Below, in pieces: positions 1-18,732 of a DNA stretch of 64,000 nt. Under the pieces are notes generated by a model. It worked only from the letters and a program-made list of their open reading frames with translations. It was not told the DNA's origin and made no database searches. The stretch is from NCBI GenBank assembly GCA_009914755.4, contig CP086569.2, positions 864,001 through 928,000 on the forward strand, read 5' to 3'. Source of the DNA: the human T2T-CHM13v2.0 reference genome, Homo sapiens. The translations under genes were made by a program, and so were the position numbers. Numbering within the stretch: position 1 is the first letter of the stretch; every line of letters starts with the position of its first letter.

Positions 1-55
1 CCCGCCTCGGCCTCCCAAAGTGCTGGGATTACAGGCGTGAGCCATTGTGCCCGGG
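1..55 (-). mobile_element. Alu SINE, 5'-end fragment (cut by window edge)
   Basis: reverse complement of Alu 5' end: '...cctcggcctcccaaagtgctgggattacaggcgtgagccattgtgcccgg'. Confidence 0.9.
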
Positions 56-56
56 G

Positions 57-450
57 TCTTGAAGCTTCTTCATTTCATTCCTGATGGTTGTGTTCCCATG
101 TTCTTTGCTTGCATAACTTTAAAACGATTGAACTGTGTCATTTTGCCTTTCCTTTCTCTGGCTTCCATCTTCTTGGCCCCTCGTCTGGCTGCCCATTCTG
201 TGTTGATGTGTAGCTTCTGCCAGGCCTGTCGGACGTACCTCTGGCGGGCGCGGTGTGGAAGCTTGAGGAGGAAATCTGTGAGCTGCCTGTGCTTGAAAGG
301 CATGGCCTGTCTCCTCCTTTGAGTGCACGGTCCATCAACCAAAGCCCTCTTCCCATCAATAACATCTGTAGTCGCGACCGGTTTTCCAGCATGAGGTCCA
401 AAGCAGACGTAGGCCACCCGGGCAACCTCCACGAACTCCCTGAACACCAT
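57..450 (-). pseudogene. RPL14 (ribosomal protein L14) processed pseudogene fragment, truncated at its 3' side by an Alu
   Basis: minus ORF 70..498 reads from its 17th residue '[79 protein letters not shown]...'. This is about 75% identical to the human RPL14 N-terminus ([66 protein letters not shown]...). It is intronless. Homology continues out of frame ('NEMKKLQ' vs 'NEVKKLQ') down to the Alu junction at about 57. Confidence 0.7.
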
Positions 451-477
451 GTTGGCGGCCTTAGGCGAGAAGGTTAA

Positions 478-640
478 TCTTTTATTTTTAATTGGCAAAT
501 AATAATTATGTATGTGTTTAGGGTATAACGATATGTTTTCATCAATGTGGGAAGGATTAAATCAAGTTAACGCACCTGCCACCTCACCTACCTATTATCA
601 CCGTGTGTTTTCTTGTTTTTTTGGTGGTGGTGTTCCTTTT
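478..640. repeat. copy A of a ~150-bp low-copy direct duplication (copy B at 1319-1465)
   Basis: 'tttatttttaattggcaaataat..tatgtatg..ttttcatc.atgtg...ttaaatca.gtt.ac.cacc..c.cacct.c.tattatcac.gtg' is shared by both copies at about 80% identity. Confidence 0.7.
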
Positions 641-745
641 TGAGATGGAGTCTTGCTCTGTCACCCAGGCTGGAGTGCAGTGGCACAGTCGCAGCTCACT
701 GCAACCCCCATCTCCTGGGTTCAAGCAGTTCTCTTCCTCAGCCAC
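636..745 (-). mobile_element. Alu SINE fragment
   Basis: 'ttttgagatggagtcttgctctgtcacccaggctggagtgcagtggcac...cactgcaacc' with no left monomer. Confidence 0.85.
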
Positions 746-815
746 TTTAAAACGATCCAAATCTGTCATCTTGGATTTTTGGAGACGCTTTCAGGAGAAC
801 TGCCTTTGGAAGCTT

Positions 816-950
816 TTTTTTTTTTTTTTTTGAGATGGAGTCTCGCTCTGTTGCCCAGGCTGGAGTGAAATGGCACCACACCTCAGGTGGTCTGTCCACC
901 TTGGCCTCCCAAAGTGCTGGGATTACAGGCATGAGCCACCATGCCCAGAC
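816..950 (-). mobile_element. Alu SINE, internally deleted
   Basis: T16 run then 'gagatggagtctcgctctgttgcccaggctggagtg' joined to '...ccttggcctcccaaagtgctgggattacaggcatgagccaccatgcccag'. Confidence 0.85.
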
Positions 951-964
951 TCATCTCATCTGAG

Positions 965-1035
965 GTCAGGAGTTTGAGACCAGCCTGGCCAACATGGAGA
1001 AACCCTGTCTCTACTAAAAATACAAAATTAAATTT
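965..1035 (+). mobile_element. Alu fragment (left-monomer 3' part)
   Basis: 'gaggtcaggagtttgagaccagcctggccaacatggagaaaccctgtctctactaaaaatacaaaatta'. Confidence 0.8.
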
Positions 1036-1316
1036 TGAGATGGGGTCTCGCTCTGTCACCCAGGCTGGAGTGCAGTGATGCAATCTCAGCTCGCTGCAAC
1101 CTCCACCTCCCGGGTTCAAGCGATTCTCTGCCTCAGCCTCCCGAGTAGCTGGAACTACAGGCACCCACCACCAAGACCGGCGAATTTTTGTATTTTTAGT
1201 AGAGACGGGGTTTCACCATGTTGGCCAGGCTGGTCTCGAACTCCTGATTTCGTGACCCACCTGCCTCGACTTCCCAAAGTGCTGAGATTACAGGCATGAG
1301 CCACTGCGCCCGGCTA
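1036..1316 (-). mobile_element. Alu SINE, full length
   Basis: 'gagatggggtctcgctctgtcacccaggctggagtgcagtg' ... 'cccaaagtgctgagattacaggcatgagccactgcgcccggc'. Confidence 0.9.
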
Positions 1317-1318
1317 CT

Positions 1319-1465
1319 ACTTTATTTTTAATTGGCAAATAATTATGTATGCGTCCAGGGTGTCATGTTATGTTTTCATCGATGTGCGCAATGTGTAATG
1401 GTTAAATCACGTTGACACACCCACCGTCTCACCTCCTTATTATCACTGTGAGTTTTTTAATGGTG
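1319..1465. repeat. copy B of the ~150-bp direct duplication (copy A at 478-640)
   Basis: see copy A; the two copies lie on either side of the Alu cluster at 636-1316. Confidence 0.7.
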
Positions 1466-1542
1466 GGAACATTCAAAAATTACTCTTTCAATGCAAAATC
1501 GATCACAAAAGCTGTCTAAGTTCTGTAAAAATATTTCCCGCG

Positions 1543-2081
<539 letters not shown>

Positions 2082-2195
2082 CTATAGTTTGAGCTACTTA
2101 CTGACAATCCCTTCTTGCAAACGCTCAACACAGAATTGCTGAGACCGTTAGAACATCACAGAGCCCTCCCTCTGTGTTTCATGAATCTTGCCTCT

Positions 2196-2340
2196 TTCTG
2201 TTTTTTTATTTTTTGTAGAGATGTGGCGGGGGGGCTCTCACTATGTTGCCCAGGCTGGTCTCAAACCTCTGGCCTCAAGCCATCCTCCTGCCTCAGCCTT
2301 ACAAAGTGCTGGGATCACAAGCATGAGTCGCCGCTGCACG
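2196..2340 (-). mobile_element. Alu fragment
   Basis: 'tttgtagagatgtggcggggg..ctcactatgttgcccaggctggtctcaaacctctggcctcaagccatcctcctgcctcagccttacaaagtgctgggatcacaagcatgag'. Confidence 0.85.
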
Positions 2341-2399
2341 GATGAATCGTGCGTCTTTTTACCTGCAACCATGTCCATCAACCCTCGTCGGTGTTAGTC

Positions 2400-3240
2400 A
2401 ATATTATCAAACATTATTATTGTTGTTATTAAATATTAAATAATTATTATTAAATATTAACTAAATACTTAATTTATATTTAATATTATTATATTATATT
2501 TGTTGTTTATTATATATTATATTATAAAAATATCAAGTGATGTTAAATGAATTACATATTAATTAAATTTAATTTATATTTAATTAATATTTAATCAATA
2601 TTTCTATTGATTTATATTTCTATTTTATATTGCACATATTGCAATATGCATATAGATGCATATCTATTGCATAGATGTATATGCATAGCTATATATGCAT
2701 ATAAAAATATATGGATATATGCAAATATATGGATATATAGATATATGCATGTTTATATTTTAATTAAATATTTAATTATTAATATTAAATAGTATTAAAT
2801 ACTTAATTATTAATATTAAATATTATTAAATACTTAATTATTAATATTAAATATTATTAAATATTTAATATTAATATTAAATATTATTGAATATTTAATA
2901 TTAATATTAAATAAATATTAATGTTTATTATTAGATATTAATTAAACATTTAATTTATATTTAGTTAATATTTAATCAATATTTCTATTTATTTATATTT
3001 CTACTTTATATTGCATACATTGCAATATGCATATATAGCTATGCATATATATCTATGCAATAGATATGCATCTATATGCATATACAAATATATGGATATA
3101 TGCAAATATATGGATATATAGATATATGAATGTTTATATTTTAATTAAATATTTAATTAATATCTAATAATAATCACGAATATTTAATATTGATAATTAA
3201 ATACTAATTATTAAATATTTAATTACCATATAAACAGAAG
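2400..3240. repeat. AT-rich minisatellite block with internal ~380-bp direct tandem duplication and palindromic cores
   Basis: over 85% A+T. Unit 'taatttatatttaattaatatttaatcaatatttctatt.atttatatttcta.tttatattgca.a.attgcaatatgcatat...atatggatatatgcaaatatatggatatatagatatatg.atgtttatattttaattaaatatttaatta' occurs at about 2565-2800 and again at about 2950-3175. 'tattgca.a.attgcaata' is palindromic. A 31-bp unit 'taaatacttaattattaatattaaatattat' repeats about 4 times at 2790-2900. Confidence 0.85.
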
Positions 3241-3577
3241 CATATATATTCAATGTTGTTCAACATTTTCCGCACCCTCACCACTTTCACAGCCGATCCA
3301 GTCATATGTTTTGATGTCAGGGGACCCCCTCCCCAGTATCCCTCTCTCTCATTGCTAAGTGCCCACACCAAGGTGACCCGGGGACCCCCACTGTCACAGG
3401 CCTGGATTGTGACGGAGTCTGAAGCATTCGCCGTTGGTGGGGCACGCTCAGGTGATCAGCGGGACGTGAGTGTGGATGGCGGGACAGCCAGGAGACAGAC
3501 GATGTCTCCTGTAATACAGCATGAGCACAGGAGAAAAGAAAAAAAAGAAAGGAAAGAAAGAAAAGAAAGAAAGATCA

Positions 3578-4310
<733 letters not shown>

Positions 4311-4798
4311 TCAACACAATGTAAATTAGACAATTTATAGTCACACAGCATCCTCCGCGACCTCACCCACAGTGGGAGAGAAAAATTAAAAAAAAAAAAA
4401 AACAGTTTTAGGATGATCCCCATGAAATTGTCAAAACCAGCCGCCTTCTAAATATCTGACTGTGGCTGTCAGAAAACAGACTTCAGAGAAGAATACAAAT
4501 CATTGTATCCAGCCATAATAATGGAGTTCAAAGCTGAGAGGCTATGAAAAATTCATCGTGTGTCTACTTGAAACGAGGGATGTAAATTATGCCACTTTGT
4601 CTATATTTGTACAATATGTTCTCGTTGGCAAATACGGGATCTGATCATTGTTTCGTTAAATACCTGACAATTCTGTAACAGTTGCAAAGACGGGTGCTTA
4701 AATCAGCGTTTCCCACTCTAGGACGGCAAGAAAACAAAAATAAAGAAATAAAACAGGGTCAGAAAGAATGAGAGCCGGGGGAACCTTTATCTAAATCA

Positions 4799-5698
<900 letters not shown>

Positions 5699-5852
5699 CG
5701 TAATTGCTCCAAATTCTTAAGTCACATGAACACCAGATGCAAGTACTCATACCTCAGACAAGGCAAGAAATTATTATTTTTCCTGCTGACTAAGAAATTC
5801 TCATAGCAAAGTATCCCTTGAGTAATATAGCCTGGTTATTCCAGTTTGCATA

Positions 5853-6160
5853 TGTTTTGTTTTTTTGAGACGGTGTCTCACTCTGTCACCCAGGCTGGAG
5901 TGCCGTGGCTTGATCTCGGCTTGCTGCAAGCTCCGCCTCGTAAATATGATTCTCCTGCTTCAGCCTCCTGAGTAGCTGGCATTTTAGGCGCCCGCCACCA
6001 CACCCGGCTAATTTTTGTATTTTTTGTTTGTTTGTTTTTAATACAGACCAGGTTTTACCATGCTGGCCACGTTGGTCTCGAACTCCTGACCTCAAGTAAT
6101 CTGCCTGCTTCGGCCTCCCAAAGTGCTGGGATTACAGGTGTGAGCCACCGTGCCCAGCCT
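5853..6160 (-). mobile_element. Alu SINE with intact 15-bp target-site duplication
   Basis: 'ttccagtttgcatat' at 5838-5852 and again at 6161-6175 flank the element. Body is 'gagacggtgtctcactctgtcacccaggctggagtgccgtggc' ... 'gtgagccaccgtgcccagcc'. Confidence 0.95.
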
Positions 6161-6299
6161 TCCAGTTTGCATATCTTGCTGATAGGTTTAATTAGCTGAA
6201 TGAGCCCAATTTGATAATGCAGCTGGGCAATATTGCTTTCCTGCTGCAGAGAGGGTCATAGATGAAATGACATCTATCCTCGGTATCCAAGGCAGCTGG

Positions 6300-7537
<1,238 letters not shown>

Positions 7538-7833
7538 TAACAGCACCATTGCACAGCTCATGAGCGCTACAGAAAACACATGTTAAATGTTTTCCACCAA
7601 ATTTTGGCTTTTTATTGCGGTTGAAAATAAACAAGTACCAGAAAATCAGATCTTTTTGTAAAATGTTAAACACACATTATGGGTAATGTACACGCCTGTG
7701 GCTTCCTGTACGGCCACAGGGTAATTGAATTTGATTCGAGTTCATTTACTCCTGCCAAATCAAGCCCCACCGAACAGGTGTTAGATGTTGTTAGAGATTC
7801 AGCTTTGAAATGTCCATTTCTCTCTTCCTTTCA

Positions 7834-8272
<439 letters not shown>

Positions 8273-8313
8273 TCATGGGCATCGCCTTATTTTCCATTGT
8301 TACTGCTTATTGA

Positions 8314-9208
<895 letters not shown>

Positions 9209-9214
9209 CCCAAG

Positions 9215-9360
9215 AGAGGGTGTTGTCTTTTTGCCCAAGCTGGAGTGTAGTGGCGTGATCACACCTCACTGCAGCCTCAACTTCCTGGGCTAAAGGGATC
9301 CTCCAGCCTCAGCCTCCCAAGTAGCAGGGAATCCAGGTGTGAGCCGCTGTGCCCTGCTGA
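9215..9360 (-). mobile_element. Alu right-monomer fragment
   Basis: 'gtctttttgcccaagctggagtgtagtggcgtgatcacacctcactgcagcctcaacttcctgggctaaagggatcctccagcctcagcctcccaagtagcagggaatccaggtgtgagccgctgtgccctgc'. Confidence 0.85.
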
Positions 9361-9545
9361 GAACAAATTTTTGCATTTTTAAAATTTAATTCTGTGCAGT
9401 GTTCATTGTTGCCAACCAAATGTACCCTTTTCCACAAAAGAAAGCTTTATTTTCCTGTGTATAGCAATATAATTTCTTAAGAACATGGTAGAGCACACAT
9501 AATATAATCTCTGCCATTTTAGCCATTGTAAATAAGGTACAATTC

Positions 9546-9894
<349 letters not shown>

Positions 9895-10002
9895 TCAAAA
9901 GAAAGCTTCTTTTCCTGTCTATAGCAATACATACTTTTTTAAAATTGTGGAGGAGTGCATATAATATAATCTCTGCCATTTTAGCCATTTTAAAGAGTAC
10001 AT

Positions 10003-10929
<927 letters not shown>

Positions 10930-11134
10930 TCATCACTAACCACCTCCAAAATGTTTTCATCGTCCCAAACAGAAACTCTCTTCCCATGAAACACCAATTC
11001 CCCATTTCACCCCCCAGCCCCTGCCACCCACAGTTCTAGTTTCTGTCTCTATGAAATCTTTGCCTGTTCTAGACATTTTAGTTAAGTGGAGTCATACACT
11101 ATGTGGTCTTTCCTGTCTGGCTTCTCTCACTGGG

Positions 11135-12240
11135 CCTGATGTCTTCAAGGTTCACCCATGCCACAGCCTGCATCTGACCCTCATTCCTTTTCCTGGCTGT
11201 ATAGTATTCCATTGTATGTCTCTTCTCCCGCTGGGCCTGATGTCTTCAAGGTTCATTCATGCTGCAGCCTGCGTCTGACCCTCATTCCTTTTCCTGACTG
11301 TACAGTATTCCATTGTGTGTCTCTTCTCCCACTGGGCCTGATGTCTTCAAGGTTCATCCACTCTGCAGCCTGTGTCTGACCCTCATTCCTTTTCCTGGCT
11401 GTGTAGTATTCCATTGTGTGTCTCTTCTCTCACTGGGCCTGATGTCTTCAAGGTTCATCCATGCTGCAGCCTGCGTGTGACCCTCATTCCTTTTCCTGGC
11501 CATATAGTATTCCATTGTGTGTCTCTTCCTTCTCTCACTGGGCCTGATGTCTTCCATGTTCATTCACACTGCAGCCTGCGTCTGACCCTCATTCCTTTTC
11601 CTGGCTGTGTAGTATTCCATTGTGTGTCTCTTCCTTCTCTCACTGGGCCTGATGTCTTCCATGTTCATTCACACTGCAGCCTGCGTCTGACCCTCATTCC
11701 TTTTCCTGGCTGTGTAGTATTCCATTGTGTGTCTCTTCCTTCTCTCACTGGGCCTGATGTCTTCAAGGTTCATTCATGCTGCAGCCTGCGTCTGACCTTC
11801 ATTCCTTTTCCTGGCTGTATAGTATTCCATTGTGTGTCTCTTCTCCCACTCGGCCTGATGTCTTCAATGTTCATCCACACTGCAGCCTGTGTCTGACCTT
11901 CATTCCTTTTCCTGGCTGTGTAGTATTCCATTGTGTGTCTCTTCTCACTGGGCCTGATGTCTTCAAGGTTCATCCATGCTGCAGCCTGCATGTGACCCTC
12001 ATTCCTTTTCCTGGCTGTGTAGTATTCCATTGTGTGTCTCTTCTCTCACTGGGCCTGAGGTCTTCAAGGTTTATCCACGCTGCAGCCTGCGTCTGACCCT
12101 CATTCCTTTTCCTGGCTGTATAGTATTCCACTGTGTGTCTCTTCTCTCACTGGGCCTGAGGTCTTCAAGGTTTATCCACGCTGCAGCCTGCGTCTGACCC
12201 TCATTCCTTTTCCTGGATGTATAGTATTCCATTGTGTTCC
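11135..12240. repeat. ~102-bp minisatellite, 11 tandem units, derived from an internal L1 segment
   Basis: unit 'cactgggcctgatgtcttcaaggttcatccatgctgcagcctgcgtctgaccctcattccttttcctggctgtgtagtattccattgtgtgtctcttct(ccttct)'. The unit starts ('cctgatg') fall at 11135, 11236, 11337, 11438, 11543, 11648, 11753, 11854, 11953, 12054 and 12155, giving a period of 99-105 bp. Confidence 0.9.
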
Positions 12241-12641
12241 CAGAGTAAATTCTGTTTACCTGTTCATCCACTGATGGGCGCCTGGGTTGCTTCCACGTTT
12301 GAACTGTTGTGAGTCATGACACTATGAACTTGGGTATAGCAGTATGCTCTGTTTTTCTAGGAAAATTTGGAGATGAAAAAAATATGTTCACCCATGAGAT
12401 CATATCCTTTGCAGGGGCGTCGATGGAGCTGGAAGCCTTTATCCTCAGCAAACTCACACAGGAACAGAAAACCAAACACTTCATGTTCTCACGCATAAGT
12501 GGGAGCTGAACAATGAGAACAGATGGACACAGGGAGGGGAATGTCACACACTGGGGCCCGCCAGGGGTGGAGGGGTGGGAGGGAGAGCAACAGGAAAAAT
12601 AACTAATGCATCGTGTGCTTAATACCTAGGCGACAGGTTGA

Positions 12642-13015
<374 letters not shown>

Positions 13016-13137
13016 CACCCCAGACCTTAAAATAACATTTTTTAAAAAGTTTACATAGTGCAAAGAAAAAAAGCATAATTATTTTCATAGTCATTAACTA
13101 GAGAATAAGACAGAGACTAATAGAGACACAAAAGTCA

Positions 13138-13521
<384 letters not shown>

Positions 13522-13759
13522 CTACCATGAACAATATCAGGGGTTGGGGTGAGGGTGGGGGAGGATTATTTTATAATAACACAATATCCGGCTCTGAATT
13601 CAACAGTCAATTAAAAACATATTACGTAATTTCCCTTCTATCAGGATCTGCAGACTACGCTTTCACTTCTTTCTTGTCGGCTAGTCCTTCCAAAGGTAGG
13701 ATATTTCTCTCTTACAAACCATGCCCTGTGCTTCGGGGACCCGTAAAATATGTCTTTAA

Positions 13760-14097
<338 letters not shown>

Positions 14098-14399
14098 AAA
14101 AAAATCACCCGAACTCTTTTTAACGTTTGGAAAGAAGTCCCTGGTTGTGTTCCATCTGTTGGAGGCACCATGATGGAATGGGAACCATCTGTGCTAAATG
14201 CACCCGTCTTCATCTTTCACAACAAATCCGTCTGGCCTCTTGCTGTGCTCGTGAGCTCTCTGCAGAGAAAGCTTGTTCATCCCGGCTCTTTTCTACTCAG
14301 CTCACATTCAGGATCCTGCAGACCTGGGATAATCTCTTCTGGAGGAGGGTCTTTTCCAAATCTTTGATCTCCCTGTTTTATTTATCTGTCCTGATCCAA

Positions 14400-14860
14400 C
14401 ACGTGGGGCCCCCCATTCGTGCATGAGCCTGGGGACTGCTTTCCCGAGAGGCCTCCACCGCCGAGTCTGAAGCGGTCGTCTAATCCTCAGGCAAAAGAAC
14501 TTCCCGCTTTTATAAGCAGGAAAAACTGCACCCCGGGTTCTAATACCGCGATCTGTGTCTTTTCCGAGGCTGACTTGGTGAGGATATTACTCAGCCTAAT
14601 AACCATGTCAATATTAGGTCAATAATATCCCGCACCTGTGATAACTTCGGCCTGCCAGGCAGAAATTTGCCGTGGTGATCAAAAGACATTCTCCCAAGGC
14701 AAACATTGGAAATTAATGTTTTAAAAACCGGTTCTGATGCCAGAAGGAAAGGCTGTTTTAGAAAGACAACCAGCGTTCTAGGGGGGAAAGATGGTCCCCG
14801 GTGAAATGCACGGATTACCCACGACAAATACGGAATTGGATGTTGCCAGTAAATGAAGAG
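14400..14860. promoter_or_regulatory. candidate conserved noncoding element (unique block rich in CpG and TAAT-type motifs)
   Basis: Non-repeat sequence keeps many CpGs despite modest GC, e.g. 'ccgccgagtctgaagcggtcgtctaatcc', 'ccccgggttctaataccgcgatctg', 'cacggattacccacgacaaatacggaattgg'. It has homeodomain-type cores 'taatcc', 'cctaataacc' and 'tcaatattaggtcaataatatcc'. Confidence 0.25.
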
Positions 14861-14924
14861 AGCTGTTTGGAAAAGGCTGGTGAAGAGGAAGGTTTTCTGT
14901 ACAAAGAGAAGCGACTCACACGTT

Positions 14925-15730
14925 TAAGAGTTTATGCAGCCAAAAAACACATGAAAAAATGCTCATCTTCACGGGCCATCAAAGAAATGCAAATCAAAAT
15001 CACAATGAGACACCATCTCACACCAGTTAGAATGGCGATCATTAAAAAGTCAGGAAACAACAGGTGCTAGAGAGGATGTGGAGAAATAGGAACACTTTTA
15101 CAGTGTTGGTGGGACTGTAAACTAGTTCAACCATTGTGGAAGTCAGTGTGGCGATTCCTCAGGGATCTAGAACTAGAAATACCATTTGACCCAGCCATCC
15201 CATTACTGGGTATATACCAAAATGACTATAAATCATGCTGCTATAAACACACATGCGCACGTATGTTTATTGTGGCACTATTCACAATAGCAAAGACTTG
15301 GAACCAACCCAAATGTCCAACAATGATAGACTGGATTGAGAAAATGTGGCACACATATACCGTGGAATACTATGCAGCCATAAAAAATGATGAGTTCATG
15401 TCCTTTGTAGGGACATGGATGAAACTGGAAACCATCATTCTCAGCAAACTATTACAAGGAGAAAAAACCAAATAATGCATGTTCTCACTCATAGGTGGGA
15501 GTTGAACAATGAGAACACATGGACACAGGAAGGGGAACATCACACACCGGGGACTGTTGTGGGGTGGGGGGAGGGGGGAGGGAGAGCATTAGGAGATATA
15601 CCTAATGTTAAATGACGAGTTCATGGGTGCAGCAAACCAGCATGGCACATGTATACATATGTAACAAGCCTGCATGTTGTGCACATGTACCCTGAAACTT
15701 AAAGTATAATAATAATAAAATTAAAAAAAA
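14925..15730 (+). mobile_element. LINE-1 3' end: ORF2 C-terminal coding remnant + 3'UTR + A-tail (5'-truncated insertion, fairly young L1PA-like)
   Basis: ORFs 14801..15070 and 15134..15475 translate to '[46 protein letters not shown]' and 'WKSVWRFLRDLELEIPFDPAIPLLGIYQNDYKSCCYKHTCARMFIVALFTIAKTWNQPKCPTMIDWIEKMWHTYTVEYYAAIKNDEFMSFVGTWMKLETIILSKL', which is the L1 ORF2p C-terminus. The 3'UTR '...gggagagcattaggagatatacctaatgttaaatgacgagttcatgggtgcagcaaaccagcatggcacatgtatacatatgtaacaagcctgcatgttgtgcacatgtaccctgaaacttaaagtataataataataaaattaaaaaaaaa' follows. Confidence 0.9.
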
Positions 15731-15960
15731 AGAGTTTGCAAGGGTGAAAGTTGAAGGGTGTAGAGAAAAACAAAGATTGGGAAGCTGTGTGTCCTGGAGA
15801 CGTGCTGTGTGTCCTGGAGACGTGCTGTGTGTGCCAGGCTTGGCTGATTTCTTTGAATTAGGTGGAATTCCTCTCTTTTCTTGCCAAACATCTGCTAAAG
15901 GATCTTCTCTCTGTATCATGTTTGCTGTCATGCAGCTGTATAGAAAATGCATTTCGCAAG

Positions 15961-16122
15961 GCTGGGCACGGTGGCTCACACGTGTAATCCCAGCTACTCA
16001 GCAGGCTGACTGCAGGAGAATCTCTTGACCCCGGGAGACACATTGCAGTGAGCCGAGATCGTGCCATTGCCTTCCAGCCTGGGCGACAGAGTGATACTCT
16101 GTCTCCAAAAATAATAAAAATT

Positions 16123-16123
<1 letters not shown>
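15961..16123 (+). mobile_element. Alu SINE, internally deleted
   Basis: 'ctgggcacggtggctcacacgtgtaatcccagctactcagcaggctgactgcaggagaatctcttgaccccgggagacacattgcagtgagccgagatcgtgccattgccttccagcctgggcgacagagtgatactctgtctc'. Confidence 0.85.
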
Positions 16124-16762
<639 letters not shown>

Positions 16763-17070
16763 CCCTTTTCAACTTTTTTCCTTTGTACTTCACTACTGAA
16801 TTCTAAAATGGGAACTGGTTTCGTGGTTTCCTTCCTGTGGTGAAAGGCATACAGAAAAAGAAGTCACCGTTTCAGACAACTCCGGCTCAGGAACAAAGAT
16901 GTTTTATGTGTGTTTTAAAAAACTTTTTACTTTACATAAAATTGGCAAACAATACTTGCATATTTTTAAGGCGCACAACATGACGTTTTGATAGATGTAT
17001 CATTGTGGAATAATTACATCAGGTTAATTCACGTATCTGTCACTTCAACTGCTTAATCTTTTTTTAGTGA

Positions 17071-18732
<1,662 letters not shown>

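Noticed and set aside
11372-11896. 174-aa ORF with a 35-residue internal repeat ('SLTGPDVFKVH.CCSLR.TLIPFPG..VFHCVSL')
   Set aside because: It is translation of the 102-bp L1-derived minisatellite. The period of 34-35 codons equals the DNA unit.
14801-15475. ORFs 14801..15070 and 15134..15475 with clean protein-like sequence
   Set aside because: They are real coding remnants, but of LINE-1 ORF2p (the C-terminal end), part of a 5'-truncated L1 insertion and not a host gene.
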